Of a DNA stretch of 43,971 bases, positions 35,320-42,914 are shown in pieces. A program made the translations under genes and the position numbers. The DNA lies in IMG/VR virus record IMGVR_UViG_3300036520_000013, positions 1 through 43,971 of that record. One strand, written 5' to 3'. This DNA comes from a virus. Its lineage: Duplodnaviria; Caudoviricetes. The stretch's first letter is position 1, and every line of letters begins with the position of its first letter. The notes below the pieces were generated by a model. That model had not been told where the DNA came from, did no database searches, and was given only the letters and a program-made list of their open reading frames with translations.

Positions 35320-35645
35320 CCTCCTCTTTCTTCCTTAATCCTGACTGTTGGAGAGTCCTGAGCAGAAGGCATAGGAGGACTAAGCCCCGTGCTTTGCAGC
35401 ATCCGAGGTTAGCCCCTACGCCCTCACGATCTTGACTGCCGGAGCCGCCCGTCGCTGTAGGCCGACTGGTGGAAGATCAGCCCCAGCCATTGACCGCACT
35501 TTACGTCGCCTGATCTGGCAACGGCAGACGCCCCTTCGGTCTTTCGGAGTGGGGCTTTCCTTTGTCTGCGCCCGGTGGTAGGACTATACCGCATCCAAAG
35601 CAGTATTCGGGTCGCCACCGTCTTCAACCGACCGGCCCTGACATC

Positions 35646-35675
35646 AAGCCCCATCCTCATCCGGTGGGGCTTTTT
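35646..35675 (+). terminator. Intrinsic terminator downstream of cI
   Basis: AAGCCCCA...TGGGGCTT-TTT. Confidence 0.7.
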
Positions 35676-35707
35676 GCTGCCCTGATTCGTAAGCCAATTC
35701 GCCAATG

Positions 35708-35760
35708 TGTGCAAGTCGCACATATTTCTGTTGCGCTCGGCTGTGCGTTATGCACATACT
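35708..35760 (+). promoter_or_regulatory. Left operator/promoter (PL-like)
   Basis: TGTGC-N5-GCACA at 35708-35722 and 35742-35756, the latter the exact reverse complement of 34663-34677; TTGCGC-N18-CATACT. Confidence 0.8.
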
Positions 35761-35828
35761 ATCTCCAGACGAACACCCCAGCCGACCGGCAAGCAGCCGA
35801 AGCGGCGACGATGGAGAGATGCAGACAG

Positions 35829-36398
35829 ATGGCAAAACTCACACAGTATTCCCGCGAAGCGATTGCCCGCCGTGCAGTGGCTCATGCCTTCGACCCCCGG
35901 CAGGCTGAACTTGCTGTCGCTGAGGATGCACTAGCACGGGAAGCCTACAACGCCACCTTCCCCGTCGATGAGCAGAAGCTTGTCGCGGCAGTGCCCGCAA
36001 ACTGGTTCCGCCTTGATGCTTGTTTGCAGTTCAATGTCGGCGGGCAGCGCATCACCCTGAACGTTACGGGCGACGGGCTTCCGGTTCCGTACCGTATGAA
36101 GGGCAGCGACTATGTCGGGTACAACTGCCACATCGTTGGCGTCATTGAACATGGCGAACTGTGCGACCGCATCCAAGCTCACGCGCAACTTGTCGAGACG
36201 GTGAAAACAGAACGCCGCCAAGCCCTCCGCGCCACTGAGGAAATGCTGAAAGCAGTCACCACCACGGCCAAGCTTCGGTTGGTCTGGCCCGAAGGCGAGC
36301 AGTTCTACGCCCAGTATGACGACAAGCCATCGGCTCAGCTTCCAGCAGTTCGTGTTGACGAGATCAACGCGCTCCTTGGCCTCGCTGTCGCAGCCTAA
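35829..36398 (+). CDS. Nmad5-family protein
   Basis: MAKLT...AVAHAF...; VTTTAKLRLVWPE motif. Confidence 0.7.
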   Translation: MAKLTQYSREAIARRAVAHAFDPRQAELAVAEDALAREAYNATFPVDEQKLVAAVPANWFRLDACLQFNVGGQRITLNVTGDGLPVPYRMKGSDYVGYNCHIVGVIEHGELCDRIQAHAQLVETVKTERRQALRATEEMLKAVTTTAKLRLVWPEGEQFYAQYDDKPSAQLPAVRVDEINALLGLAVAA

Positions 36399-36420
36399 CC
36401 TCATTCATCGGAGACGGCAG

Positions 36421-36720
36421 ATGTCCACCCTCACCCCCACAGCCGACCTACTCGCCGCCTTCGAGGCTTGCACCGACCATAACAGCTACTGGCGTTCATT
36501 CGTCGCTGTCGAGGCTCGTATCAACTACCTCGAACAGAACGGGCAGGCCCACGAAGGCTACGAGGTCCAGAAGCAGTTCACGCGGATCAATCGCGCTGTT
36601 CGCCATCGGATCGAAGCGCTTGCCGTTCGACCCTCATCCACGCTCGACGCCGTCACCGCCAAGGTCTGCGCTGATGTGTTCGCGAGCTTGGATCGCCCTA
36701 TCCTCATAGCTGCGGAGTAA
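36421..36720 (+). CDS. Hypothetical protein
   Basis: GGAG RBS before MSTLTP. Confidence 0.65.
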   Translation: MSTLTPTADLLAAFEACTDHNSYWRSFVAVEARINYLEQNGQAHEGYEVQKQFTRINRAVRHRIEALAVRPSSTLDAVTAKVCADVFASLDRPILIAAE

Positions 36721-36725
36721 GGGCG

Positions 36726-36995
36726 ATGCTGCACAGATGCACGGAAGCAGAATGCCCGTCGTTCGGCCAGCGCACCAGCTACAGCTGCGGGTGCCACGAA
36801 ACTGACGAGACGGTCTTGCGGGCAGCGCTAAAGGACTGCCTTGAGGCTCTAGACAGAGCGGCCGGCACATCGCTCGGCATCGCACTGAGTGGCAGCCATC
36901 ACCCTAATCCTGATGGTGCTCTGATGGAGGTTTATGAAGCCTGCCAAAAGGCAGCTTCGGAAACTCGCGCCGTTCTTTCTGAGGCCGCGTCATGA
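36726..36995 (+). CDS. Hypothetical protein
   Basis: Cys-rich N-terminus; operon spacing. Confidence 0.6.
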   Translation: MLHRCTEAECPSFGQRTSYSCGCHETDETVLRAALKDCLEALDRAAGTSLGIALSGSHHPNPDGALMEVYEACQKAASETRAVLSEAAS

Positions 36996-37246
36996 CCTCC
37001 CTCCCCACCCAAGACGACAAGGCAGAAACAGTCTCCGACCTCATTTGGATGGGCCTCGACGTAAGCCCGCATGAGCTTCTGACGCTGGCAGAAACCCGCC
37101 GCACCGATCCCGAACTGGCCATGAGGATAGCAGCCGCATCAGCAGCGCAGTACGTGCGCGGTCCCATGACGGAACTGGAAACGGCGCGCTTCATCAAAAC
37201 CTGGGTTCGCCCTCTCTCAGCAGAACGCAAGGAGGCTGCACAATGA
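36992..37246 (+). CDS. Hypothetical protein
   Basis: ATGA coupling. Confidence 0.6.
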   Translation: MTSLPTQDDKAETVSDLIWMGLDVSPHELLTLAETRRTDPELAMRIAAASAAQYVRGPMTELETARFIKTWVRPLSAERKEAAQ

Positions 37247-37344
37247 GCCTGCACGAACAAATGAAAGTAGCCGGCGAGCTGTTGCTGACCATCGTCATTG
37301 CCTCGCCCGTCCTGTTCCTCATCGGCAATTGGTGGGCGCTATGA
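37243..37344 (+). CDS. 33-aa membrane peptide
   Basis: AAGGAGG RBS; MSLHEQMKVAGELLLTIVIASPVLFLIGNWWAL; coupled at both ends. Confidence 0.55.
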   Translation: MSLHEQMKVAGELLLTIVIASPVLFLIGNWWAL

Positions 37345-37658
37345 CCGACGATTTCGAGAACTGGCGCGCTGCCTTAGCTGGCGAAAAGCGCATGGTCTAC
37401 GAGGATGAGCCCTGGTGCGGCTACTTCAAGCAGCGCGATAGGCGCGGTCTTTACCTGCACATGGCGCCGATCAAGCGCCCGTGGATCGCCTGCGCAATCT
37501 GGCGCAACGCCGATGGTGAGCTGGTGGCGGAACGCGCCAAGGAGCCGGTGCCGATCGACTGGATTTGGCCGCACTGCGTCAAAGACCCCATCCCATACGA
37601 GACCTACAAATTCTGGCACGAGAACGAACGCTGGCCAGATGAGGAGAAAGCCGCATGA
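37341..37658 (+). CDS. Hypothetical protein upstream of recombinase
   Basis: WRAALAG...PWCGYF...AIW...W..C...PI.YE.Y motif. Confidence 0.7.
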   Translation: MTDDFENWRAALAGEKRMVYEDEPWCGYFKQRDRRGLYLHMAPIKRPWIACAIWRNADGELVAERAKEPVPIDWIWPHCVKDPIPYETYKFWHENERWPDEEKAA

Positions 37659-38548
37659 GCAACGTAGCAACGATCAGCCAGCCTCGCCAGTCACTCATCG
37701 CAGCCATGGCCGGCCAGTACCAGATGGACCCGAAAGCCTTTGCCGACACGGTGCGCTCCACCTGCCTGCCAAAGGACGCCAGCAACGAGGAATTCGCTGC
37801 GTTCCTGATGGTGGCCAAGGAATACGGTCTGAACCCTATCACCCGAGAGATCTACGCATTCCCCAAGAAGGGCGGCGGCATTCAGCCCATCGTCGGCATT
37901 GATGGCTGGCTGAACCTCATCAACTCCAACCCGCAATGCGATGGTATGGAGTTCGTGGACGAGAAAGACGCCAAGGGCAACCTCGTCTCGATCACCTGCA
38001 AGATTTACCGCAAGGACCGCAACCGGCCAACCGAAGTCACCGAATACATGGCCGAGTGCAAGCGCCCGACTGAACCTTGGACCAAGTGGCCAGCTCGCAT
38101 GTTGCGCCACAAGGCAGCTATTCAGTGCGCCAGGTACGCCTTTGGCTATGCCGGGATTATCGACCCCGAGGAAGCCGAGCGCTCTCCCGAGGTGCTTACA
38201 GGCGAGGTCACGGCCCCGCCCCCACCTGCCGCGCAGATTGCGCCGCCGCCCCCAGCCAAGGCCGCTGAGCCCGAGCATACGGAAGCAGACGACATGGTTT
38301 CCGATGCAGCCGAGCCGTTCGACTACGAGGCGTTCCTAGCCGATCTGCTGGTCAGCCTCTCGACCGCGAGCGACGAAGCCCAGCTCATGGAGCTTTGGGA
38401 CGAGAACGATGTGGAGGCAACGCTGACCGACAATGAGCAGGCCCTGCAGGACGCCTTCGACATGCGCAAGGGCATCCTGGCAAAGCTCACCAGTGACGAT
38501 GATTTCGGGCGCGATCTCCAAAACCACATGGATCGCGACCGCGAATAG
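37655..38548 (+). CDS. bet: Phage single-strand annealing recombinase Bet (RecT/Red-beta family)
   Basis: YGLNPITREIYAF, PIVGIDGW, WPARMLRHKAAIQCARYAFG. Confidence 0.95.
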   Translation: MSNVATISQPRQSLIAAMAGQYQMDPKAFADTVRSTCLPKDASNEEFAAFLMVAKEYGLNPITREIYAFPKKGGGIQPIVGIDGWLNLINSNPQCDGMEFVDEKDAKGNLVSITCKIYRKDRNRPTEVTEYMAECKRPTEPWTKWPARMLRHKAAIQCARYAFGYAGIIDPEEAERSPEVLTGEVTAPPPPAAQIAPPPPAKAAEPEHTEADDMVSDAAEPFDYEAFLADLLVSLSTASDEAQLMELWDENDVEATLTDNEQALQDAFDMRKGILAKLTSDDDFGRDLQNHMDRDRE

Positions 38549-38613
38549 TTTCCCAACCTCCAAAGGGACCGGCGGGTCAATAGCTCAACCCTAGTAACCC
38601 GCCGGATTTATCG

Positions 38614-38826
38614 ATGACCTCCACACTAGACGAGCAGGCAGAGTATCTAACAGCCGTCCAGAACGCCTGCCGCAAGGCTCGCGATAGCCGGAACAAGACC
38701 GATCTTATCAAGGCCGCGGCGCTGCTGGATAGCGACCGCATGGATGGGCTCCCCCAAGATGCGCAAGTCGATCTGCACGTAGCTTATGGGGTTGCCGCCC
38801 TAGCTGTGACGGGGTTCGGGGCATGA
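38614..38826 (+). CDS. Hypothetical protein
   Basis: ORF after hairpin CCGGCGGGT...ACCCGCCGG; coupled to next gene. Confidence 0.55.
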   Translation: MTSTLDEQAEYLTAVQNACRKARDSRNKTDLIKAAALLDSDRMDGLPQDAQVDLHVAYGVAALAVTGFGA

Positions 38827-39245
38827 GCAAACGAGACAAGCGCCCTGCCCCCATCGTTCGCAAGACAAATCGCGGGCTCTCGCCAGTTGATGCCTTCTTT
38901 GCCGAGCAGATCATCAATGACCCGCTTGGGACTGAGTACGATCTGGTGAAGCGCACCAAGCGCAGCAACCCGCAGAACAGCCTCTATTGGGTGACGCTGG
39001 GCCATGTGGTGAGCGCCACGGGCAAGTGGCCGAACGCGGAGAAACTGCACGACGCTTTAAAGCGGGCCTGCGGGTTCGTGACCGTCAGCTACGACATGAG
39101 CGGCAAGGAATACATCACGACCGACAGCACTGCATTCGACGCCATGACGGCTGACGAGTTCCGCGAGTATTTCGATCAGGCGATGGAGAAGCTGGCAGAT
39201 AGCCTTGGCTTCGACCCGTTGGCTTACCTGCCGAGGGCAGCATGA
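38823..39245 (+). CDS. NinB/DUF1367-like protein
   Basis: KRSNPQNSLYW and STAFDAMTADEFREYF motifs. Confidence 0.7.
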   Translation: MSKRDKRPAPIVRKTNRGLSPVDAFFAEQIINDPLGTEYDLVKRTKRSNPQNSLYWVTLGHVVSATGKWPNAEKLHDALKRACGFVTVSYDMSGKEYITTDSTAFDAMTADEFREYFDQAMEKLADSLGFDPLAYLPRAA

Positions 39246-39487
39246 TGCCAAAGCCCCACAAGCTCATGAAATACGGCTGTGAGCCCAAATGCCCAAGGTG
39301 CGGCTATGTAGGCTTTGATGACTGGTGGCACGAACTGCGCGAGCGGGTGGGACATCTTCCGCAGGGAAAGCTGCAATGCGGTTCATGCGAGAAAACCTTC
39401 TTCATCGAAGGCGTTCCCGGCAATCTATTCTCTACCGCGTTCGGGCTCGATGAGACTGACCGGCTGTTGCGGAGTGTCGGGCTATGA
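39242..39487 (+). CDS. Zn-ribbon hypothetical protein
   Basis: CPRCG and CGSC pairs. Confidence 0.6.
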   Translation: MMPKPHKLMKYGCEPKCPRCGYVGFDDWWHELRERVGHLPQGKLQCGSCEKTFFIEGVPGNLFSTAFGLDETDRLLRSVGL

Positions 39488-39969
39488 TCCGCTCTCAGAA
39501 GATCATCAATGCCTCTCGCGGCGCACAAGAGCGCATCGAAGCACTTAGCATTCCCGAGCCCAATAGTGGGTGCTGGCTATGGATCGGGTCCACCAAACCG
39601 AATGGCTATGGGAATGCCAACGTAAACGGCAGGTTCACCCAAGCGCACCGCGCCTCGTACATCGCGTTCAAGGGGGATATTCCCGAAGGATTGGTAGTCT
39701 GCCATCAGTGCGACAACAGAGCCTGCGTGAACCCCGATCATCTAAAGGTGGGCACGTACAAGGACAACATGCGGGAGGCCAGGGAACGCGGAAGGCGAGC
39801 GTCCTACTACAAAGGCACGAAGCGCAATCAATCCGGCGCCGTGGGCGTCTTTTGGGATCGAGCCACACAGCGGTGGAAGGTGACCATAAGGCGCCAGCAC
39901 CTTGGCTACTTCGTGGATTTTGACGAGGCCGTGACGGTTCGCAAGGCTGCGGAGGTTCGCCATGCTTGA
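39484..39969 (+). CDS. HNH homing endonuclease with AP2-like C-terminus
   Basis: SGCWLW, AHRASY, CHQCDNRACVNPDHL, HLGYF..FDEAV..R. Confidence 0.9.
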   Translation: MIRSQKIINASRGAQERIEALSIPEPNSGCWLWIGSTKPNGYGNANVNGRFTQAHRASYIAFKGDIPEGLVVCHQCDNRACVNPDHLKVGTYKDNMREARERGRRASYYKGTKRNQSGAVGVFWDRATQRWKVTIRRQHLGYFVDFDEAVTVRKAAEVRHA

Positions 39970-40447
39970 GAATTTTCGCCGCGAGCCTATCCGCAGCCGC
40001 GCTTATCTCGACGGCAGCAAAGACCAGACTTGCGTGTTCGCCATTCCAGGCGTGTGCGTCGTGGGGCCGACAGTTGCTTGCCACCTTCATGATGAGACGT
40101 TTGGCATGGCGAACAAGGCCGACGATACGTCTACCGGTGATGGGTGCATGGCCTGCCATGACGCCATGGATGGCCGCAGCATGGTTCTCACCCGCGAGGA
40201 TTGGCTGTTCTACGCTTTCCGGGCGCTCCAACGGACCATCCGACGCCGAATAGAGCAGCAGATCTTGCGGCTCAAGCTAGACGCCCCAGCCAAGCCTAAA
40301 GCTCCAAAGCCGAAGCCCGATCGGGCGCCATCCCGGCCCATCCAGTCGCGCGGCTTCGATACCTCAGTGAGCCGCCCCATTCCCCAGCCCGTCGATCCTT
40401 GGGGCAAATCCCGCAAGGCCAAAGCCAAGATAGGAGCTACCCCATGA
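39962..40447 (+). CDS. DUF1364 / YbcO-like nuclease domain protein
   Basis: IRS...C...IPGVC...TVACH...K.DD....GC..CHDAMDGR. Confidence 0.8.
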   Translation: MLENFRREPIRSRAYLDGSKDQTCVFAIPGVCVVGPTVACHLHDETFGMANKADDTSTGDGCMACHDAMDGRSMVLTREDWLFYAFRALQRTIRRRIEQQILRLKLDAPAKPKAPKPKPDRAPSRPIQSRGFDTSVSRPIPQPVDPWGKSRKAKAKIGATP

Positions 40448-42066
40448 CCAGCACCAAAGAGGTACAGGGCGAGGCGGTGAGTGATGAACGGTTAGCGAGG
40501 TTCATCCAGACCTGCCGGGATATGGGCGATGCTGGTGACGGTAAGCGTTACGAGTGGTGGGACGGCCTTGCGAACGAACTCACCGAACTCCAAGCCCTCC
40601 GCTCCAGCATCAAAGAGGTACAGGGCGAGGCGGTGAGTGATGAGCTGCATGAAGCCGCCTTGGGTATGAAGCGCATCGTTGAGGAAATCGACGGAGCGAT
40701 GAAACACGGCACATGGCGCGACGAGAAGGGTATGCGCCTCAAGGACACGCCAGAGTGGGTGCGTCTCTACAACGCTATTTCATCATCTTCCCAAGCCCTC
40801 CGCTCCAGCACCAAAGAGGTACAGGGCGAGGCGGTGAGTGAGCTGGCGATGAAAATTGCCGTCCACATGGAAGTTCATTCAGCCCTGTCCAGCACGACGC
40901 GCGCAAAGGCTGTCGAAATCCAATCGTTACTTAATGCCGAGGCCATGAACCTCCGCTCCAGCAGCAATATAGCGGGGGAGCCGGTGGCTTGGCTGGAGAC
41001 GAGAGCGCTGCCTTGGAAATATGGCAGGCTAGACGAAGCAGAAATCGACTGGATTGAGGACGCTACCGGGAAGGTATTTGTTGAGCATGTCGGCCATGCT
41101 GATGGTCCGGCAATTTGTGCTGCGGTGAATGCCCTCTCCATCCCCCAGAACCCAGAGGCAGGGGAGCCGGTGGCGTTAGACGCATATGACGCCGGTTTGC
41201 TTGCATACTACGGCGGGGGCGATGTTGACTGGTGGCAAGACTACATCCGAGCCGAGCTAGGCCGCGCCCATGATCACTATGAGGCGCAGTTCGAAGCCCT
41301 CCGCTCCAGCAGCAATATAGCGGGGGAGCCGGTGGCAGCTGATGCCGACGAAGCCTACCAGATCGGCAAGCGCGAAGGATACGCAGATGCGGTCCAAGAC
41401 ATAGACCTGCTAACAGGTGGTGACGGAGAATATCGTTGGTGCAGCGACGGTGATCCAGAACGCCATTGCCCCGATGCTGCCGCGATGAAGCAGCGCATTC
41501 TTGATCGGTTCGACACCCTCTCCATCCAGCCCAGCAGCAATATAGCGGGGGAGCCGGTAAGTGATGAACGGATTTGCTTTGACCGAGCCATGGAGCAATG
41601 GCGGGCATCGCTCAAGCGCCCTGATCTTGACGAAGAAGCCCGCGTAAAAGGCGCACTGGCGGCATATCAGCGTCAGGCGTTCGCTTTGTCCGCCCTCCGC
41701 TCCAGCAGCAATATAGCGGGGGAGCCGGTGGCTTGGAGGATCGAAAGCAAAGCATCACCCAATGAGGCGTGGGAGTGGATCGAAGGCCGCGAGCCTACGG
41801 AATACCTGGGGTATGACGATTATATTGTCCGGCCTGTGTTCTACGCCATCCCCCAGAACCCAGAGGCAGGGATTAGCGTCACGGATGAGATGGTGGAGCG
41901 GGCCGAAACGCTGAGGATGCTATGCGGGGCAAAAGACGTCTGGACCGATCATGGTTCAGGCTTCCGGATTCACTTCGCTTTCGAAAGCAAGCAGTCTGAC
42001 CGCGTAATTGAGAGGGTATTTACGGCGCGCGCCGCTCTTTCCAGCACCGATGGAGGGAAGGAATGA
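40444..42066 (+). CDS. Mosaic modular protein (Ead/Ea22-like cassette array)
   Basis: AGGAG RBS before MTSTKE; repeated linkers KEVQGEAVS, LRSSSNIAGEPVA, IPQNPEAG separating unrelated modules. Confidence 0.85.
   Translation: MTSTKEVQGEAVSDERLARFIQTCRDMGDAGDGKRYEWWDGLANELTELQALRSSIKEVQGEAVSDELHEAALGMKRIVEEIDGAMKHGTWRDEKGMRLKDTPEWVRLYNAISSSSQALRSSTKEVQGEAVSELAMKIAVHMEVHSALSSTTRAKAVEIQSLLNAEAMNLRSSSNIAGEPVAWLETRALPWKYGRLDEAEIDWIEDATGKVFVEHVGHADGPAICAAVNALSIPQNPEAGEPVALDAYDAGLLAYYGGGDVDWWQDYIRAELGRAHDHYEAQFEALRSSSNIAGEPVAADADEAYQIGKREGYADAVQDIDLLTGGDGEYRWCSDGDPERHCPDAAAMKQRILDRFDTLSIQPSSNIAGEPVSDERICFDRAMEQWRASLKRPDLDEEARVKGALAAYQRQAFALSALRSSSNIAGEPVAWRIESKASPNEAWEWIEGREPTEYLGYDDYIVRPVFYAIPQNPEAGISVTDEMVERAETLRMLCGAKDVWTDHGSGFRIHFAFESKQSDRVIERVFTARAALSSTDGGKE
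40448..41871 (+). repeat. Interspersed in-frame direct repeat array (9 linkers, 3 related types)
   Basis: Copies at about 40448, 40590, 40791, 40950, 41138, 41294, 41516, 41692 and 41846. Confidence 0.95.
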
Positions 42067-42452
42067 GCCCGGTTCGCGTTCAACTGTCTCGCCGCAAGGG
42101 CTGGCGCATGCCAGAGAACACGGTGAAGGTGAGCCGCCCCGGCAGGTTCGGCAATCCCTTCCCGGTCAAGAAAGCCACATCAACCACAATGGGCGTGACC
42201 TCTGACGTGTGGATCGTCGGCACTTGGGAAGGGCCCGCTCTGTGGATCAAACCTTCGGAAGCGGAAGCCATCAAAGTGGCCGTTGAAGCCTATCGCGTGT
42301 GGATCAATCACCCTGCGCAGGCGACACTTAGGGCTGAGGCGCAGCTTGAGCTTAGGGGCAAGAACCTCGCCTGCTGGTGTAAGGAAGGCCCATGCCACGC
42401 CGATGTGCTGCTGGAACTGGCAAACGCGGAGCTAGACCATGGCACAGAATAA
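42063..42452 (+). CDS. DUF4326 domain protein
   Basis: RRKGWRMPENTVKVSRPGRFGNPF; LRGKNLACWC...CHADVLLELAN. Confidence 0.9.
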   Translation: MSPVRVQLSRRKGWRMPENTVKVSRPGRFGNPFPVKKATSTTMGVTSDVWIVGTWEGPALWIKPSEAEAIKVAVEAYRVWINHPAQATLRAEAQLELRGKNLACWCKEGPCHADVLLELANAELDHGTE

Positions 42453-42648
42453 GCACCATCGTCGCCTGATCAGGGACTCCCGCTTATACTGGTGCCCTGA
42501 GTGCAACGGAGAAACATTGATCCCCAACAGCAAGTCATCCCTTGGAATGACATGCGGGGATTGCTCGGATGGGTTTGATGGGCCTCTGCTGATTGTCGAG
42601 CCGATCAAGGCCAAGCGGGCAATGCAGGGCGAGAGGGTGGCGGCGTAA
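42439..42648 (+). CDS. Zn-ribbon hypothetical protein
   Basis: CPEC and CGDC pairs. Confidence 0.6.
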   Translation: MAQNKHHRRLIRDSRLYWCPECNGETLIPNSKSSLGMTCGDCSDGFDGPLLIVEPIKAKRAMQGERVAA

Positions 42649-42914
42649 TGGTCAAACTCGCAGCATCATCCCTGCCCGACTGGCCGGCCGCAATGAACCA
42701 GCAGATGGCAGCTGCCTACTGCGGGATATCGGTCGAAACCTTCACGGCGAACTGCCCCGTTAAACCGATCGTCATCACAGAGTCGAAGGCTGGCAAGCGC
42801 TACCTCAAACTGCGGCTTGACGAATGGTTGTTGTCGCTCGACTCTCCGCGCCCTGCACAGCGTCAGGGTATGGGAGCGCTCAGGATTGCCAGCCGTGAAG
42901 CTAAAAGGGCTTAA
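42648..42914 (+). CDS. xis: Excisionase-like HTH protein
   Basis: WPAAM...AAAYCGIS.ETF...LDEWL; immediately upstream of int. Confidence 0.75.
   Translation: MVKLAASSLPDWPAAMNQQMAAAYCGISVETFTANCPVKPIVITESKAGKRYLKLRLDEWLLSLDSPRPAQRQGMGALRIASREAKRA

Noticed and set aside
40448-41871. CRISPR array interpretation of the repeat-spacer pattern
   Set aside because: Spacers are 100-180 bp and variable, repeats are of three non-palindromic types, everything is in one open frame, and no cas genes are present
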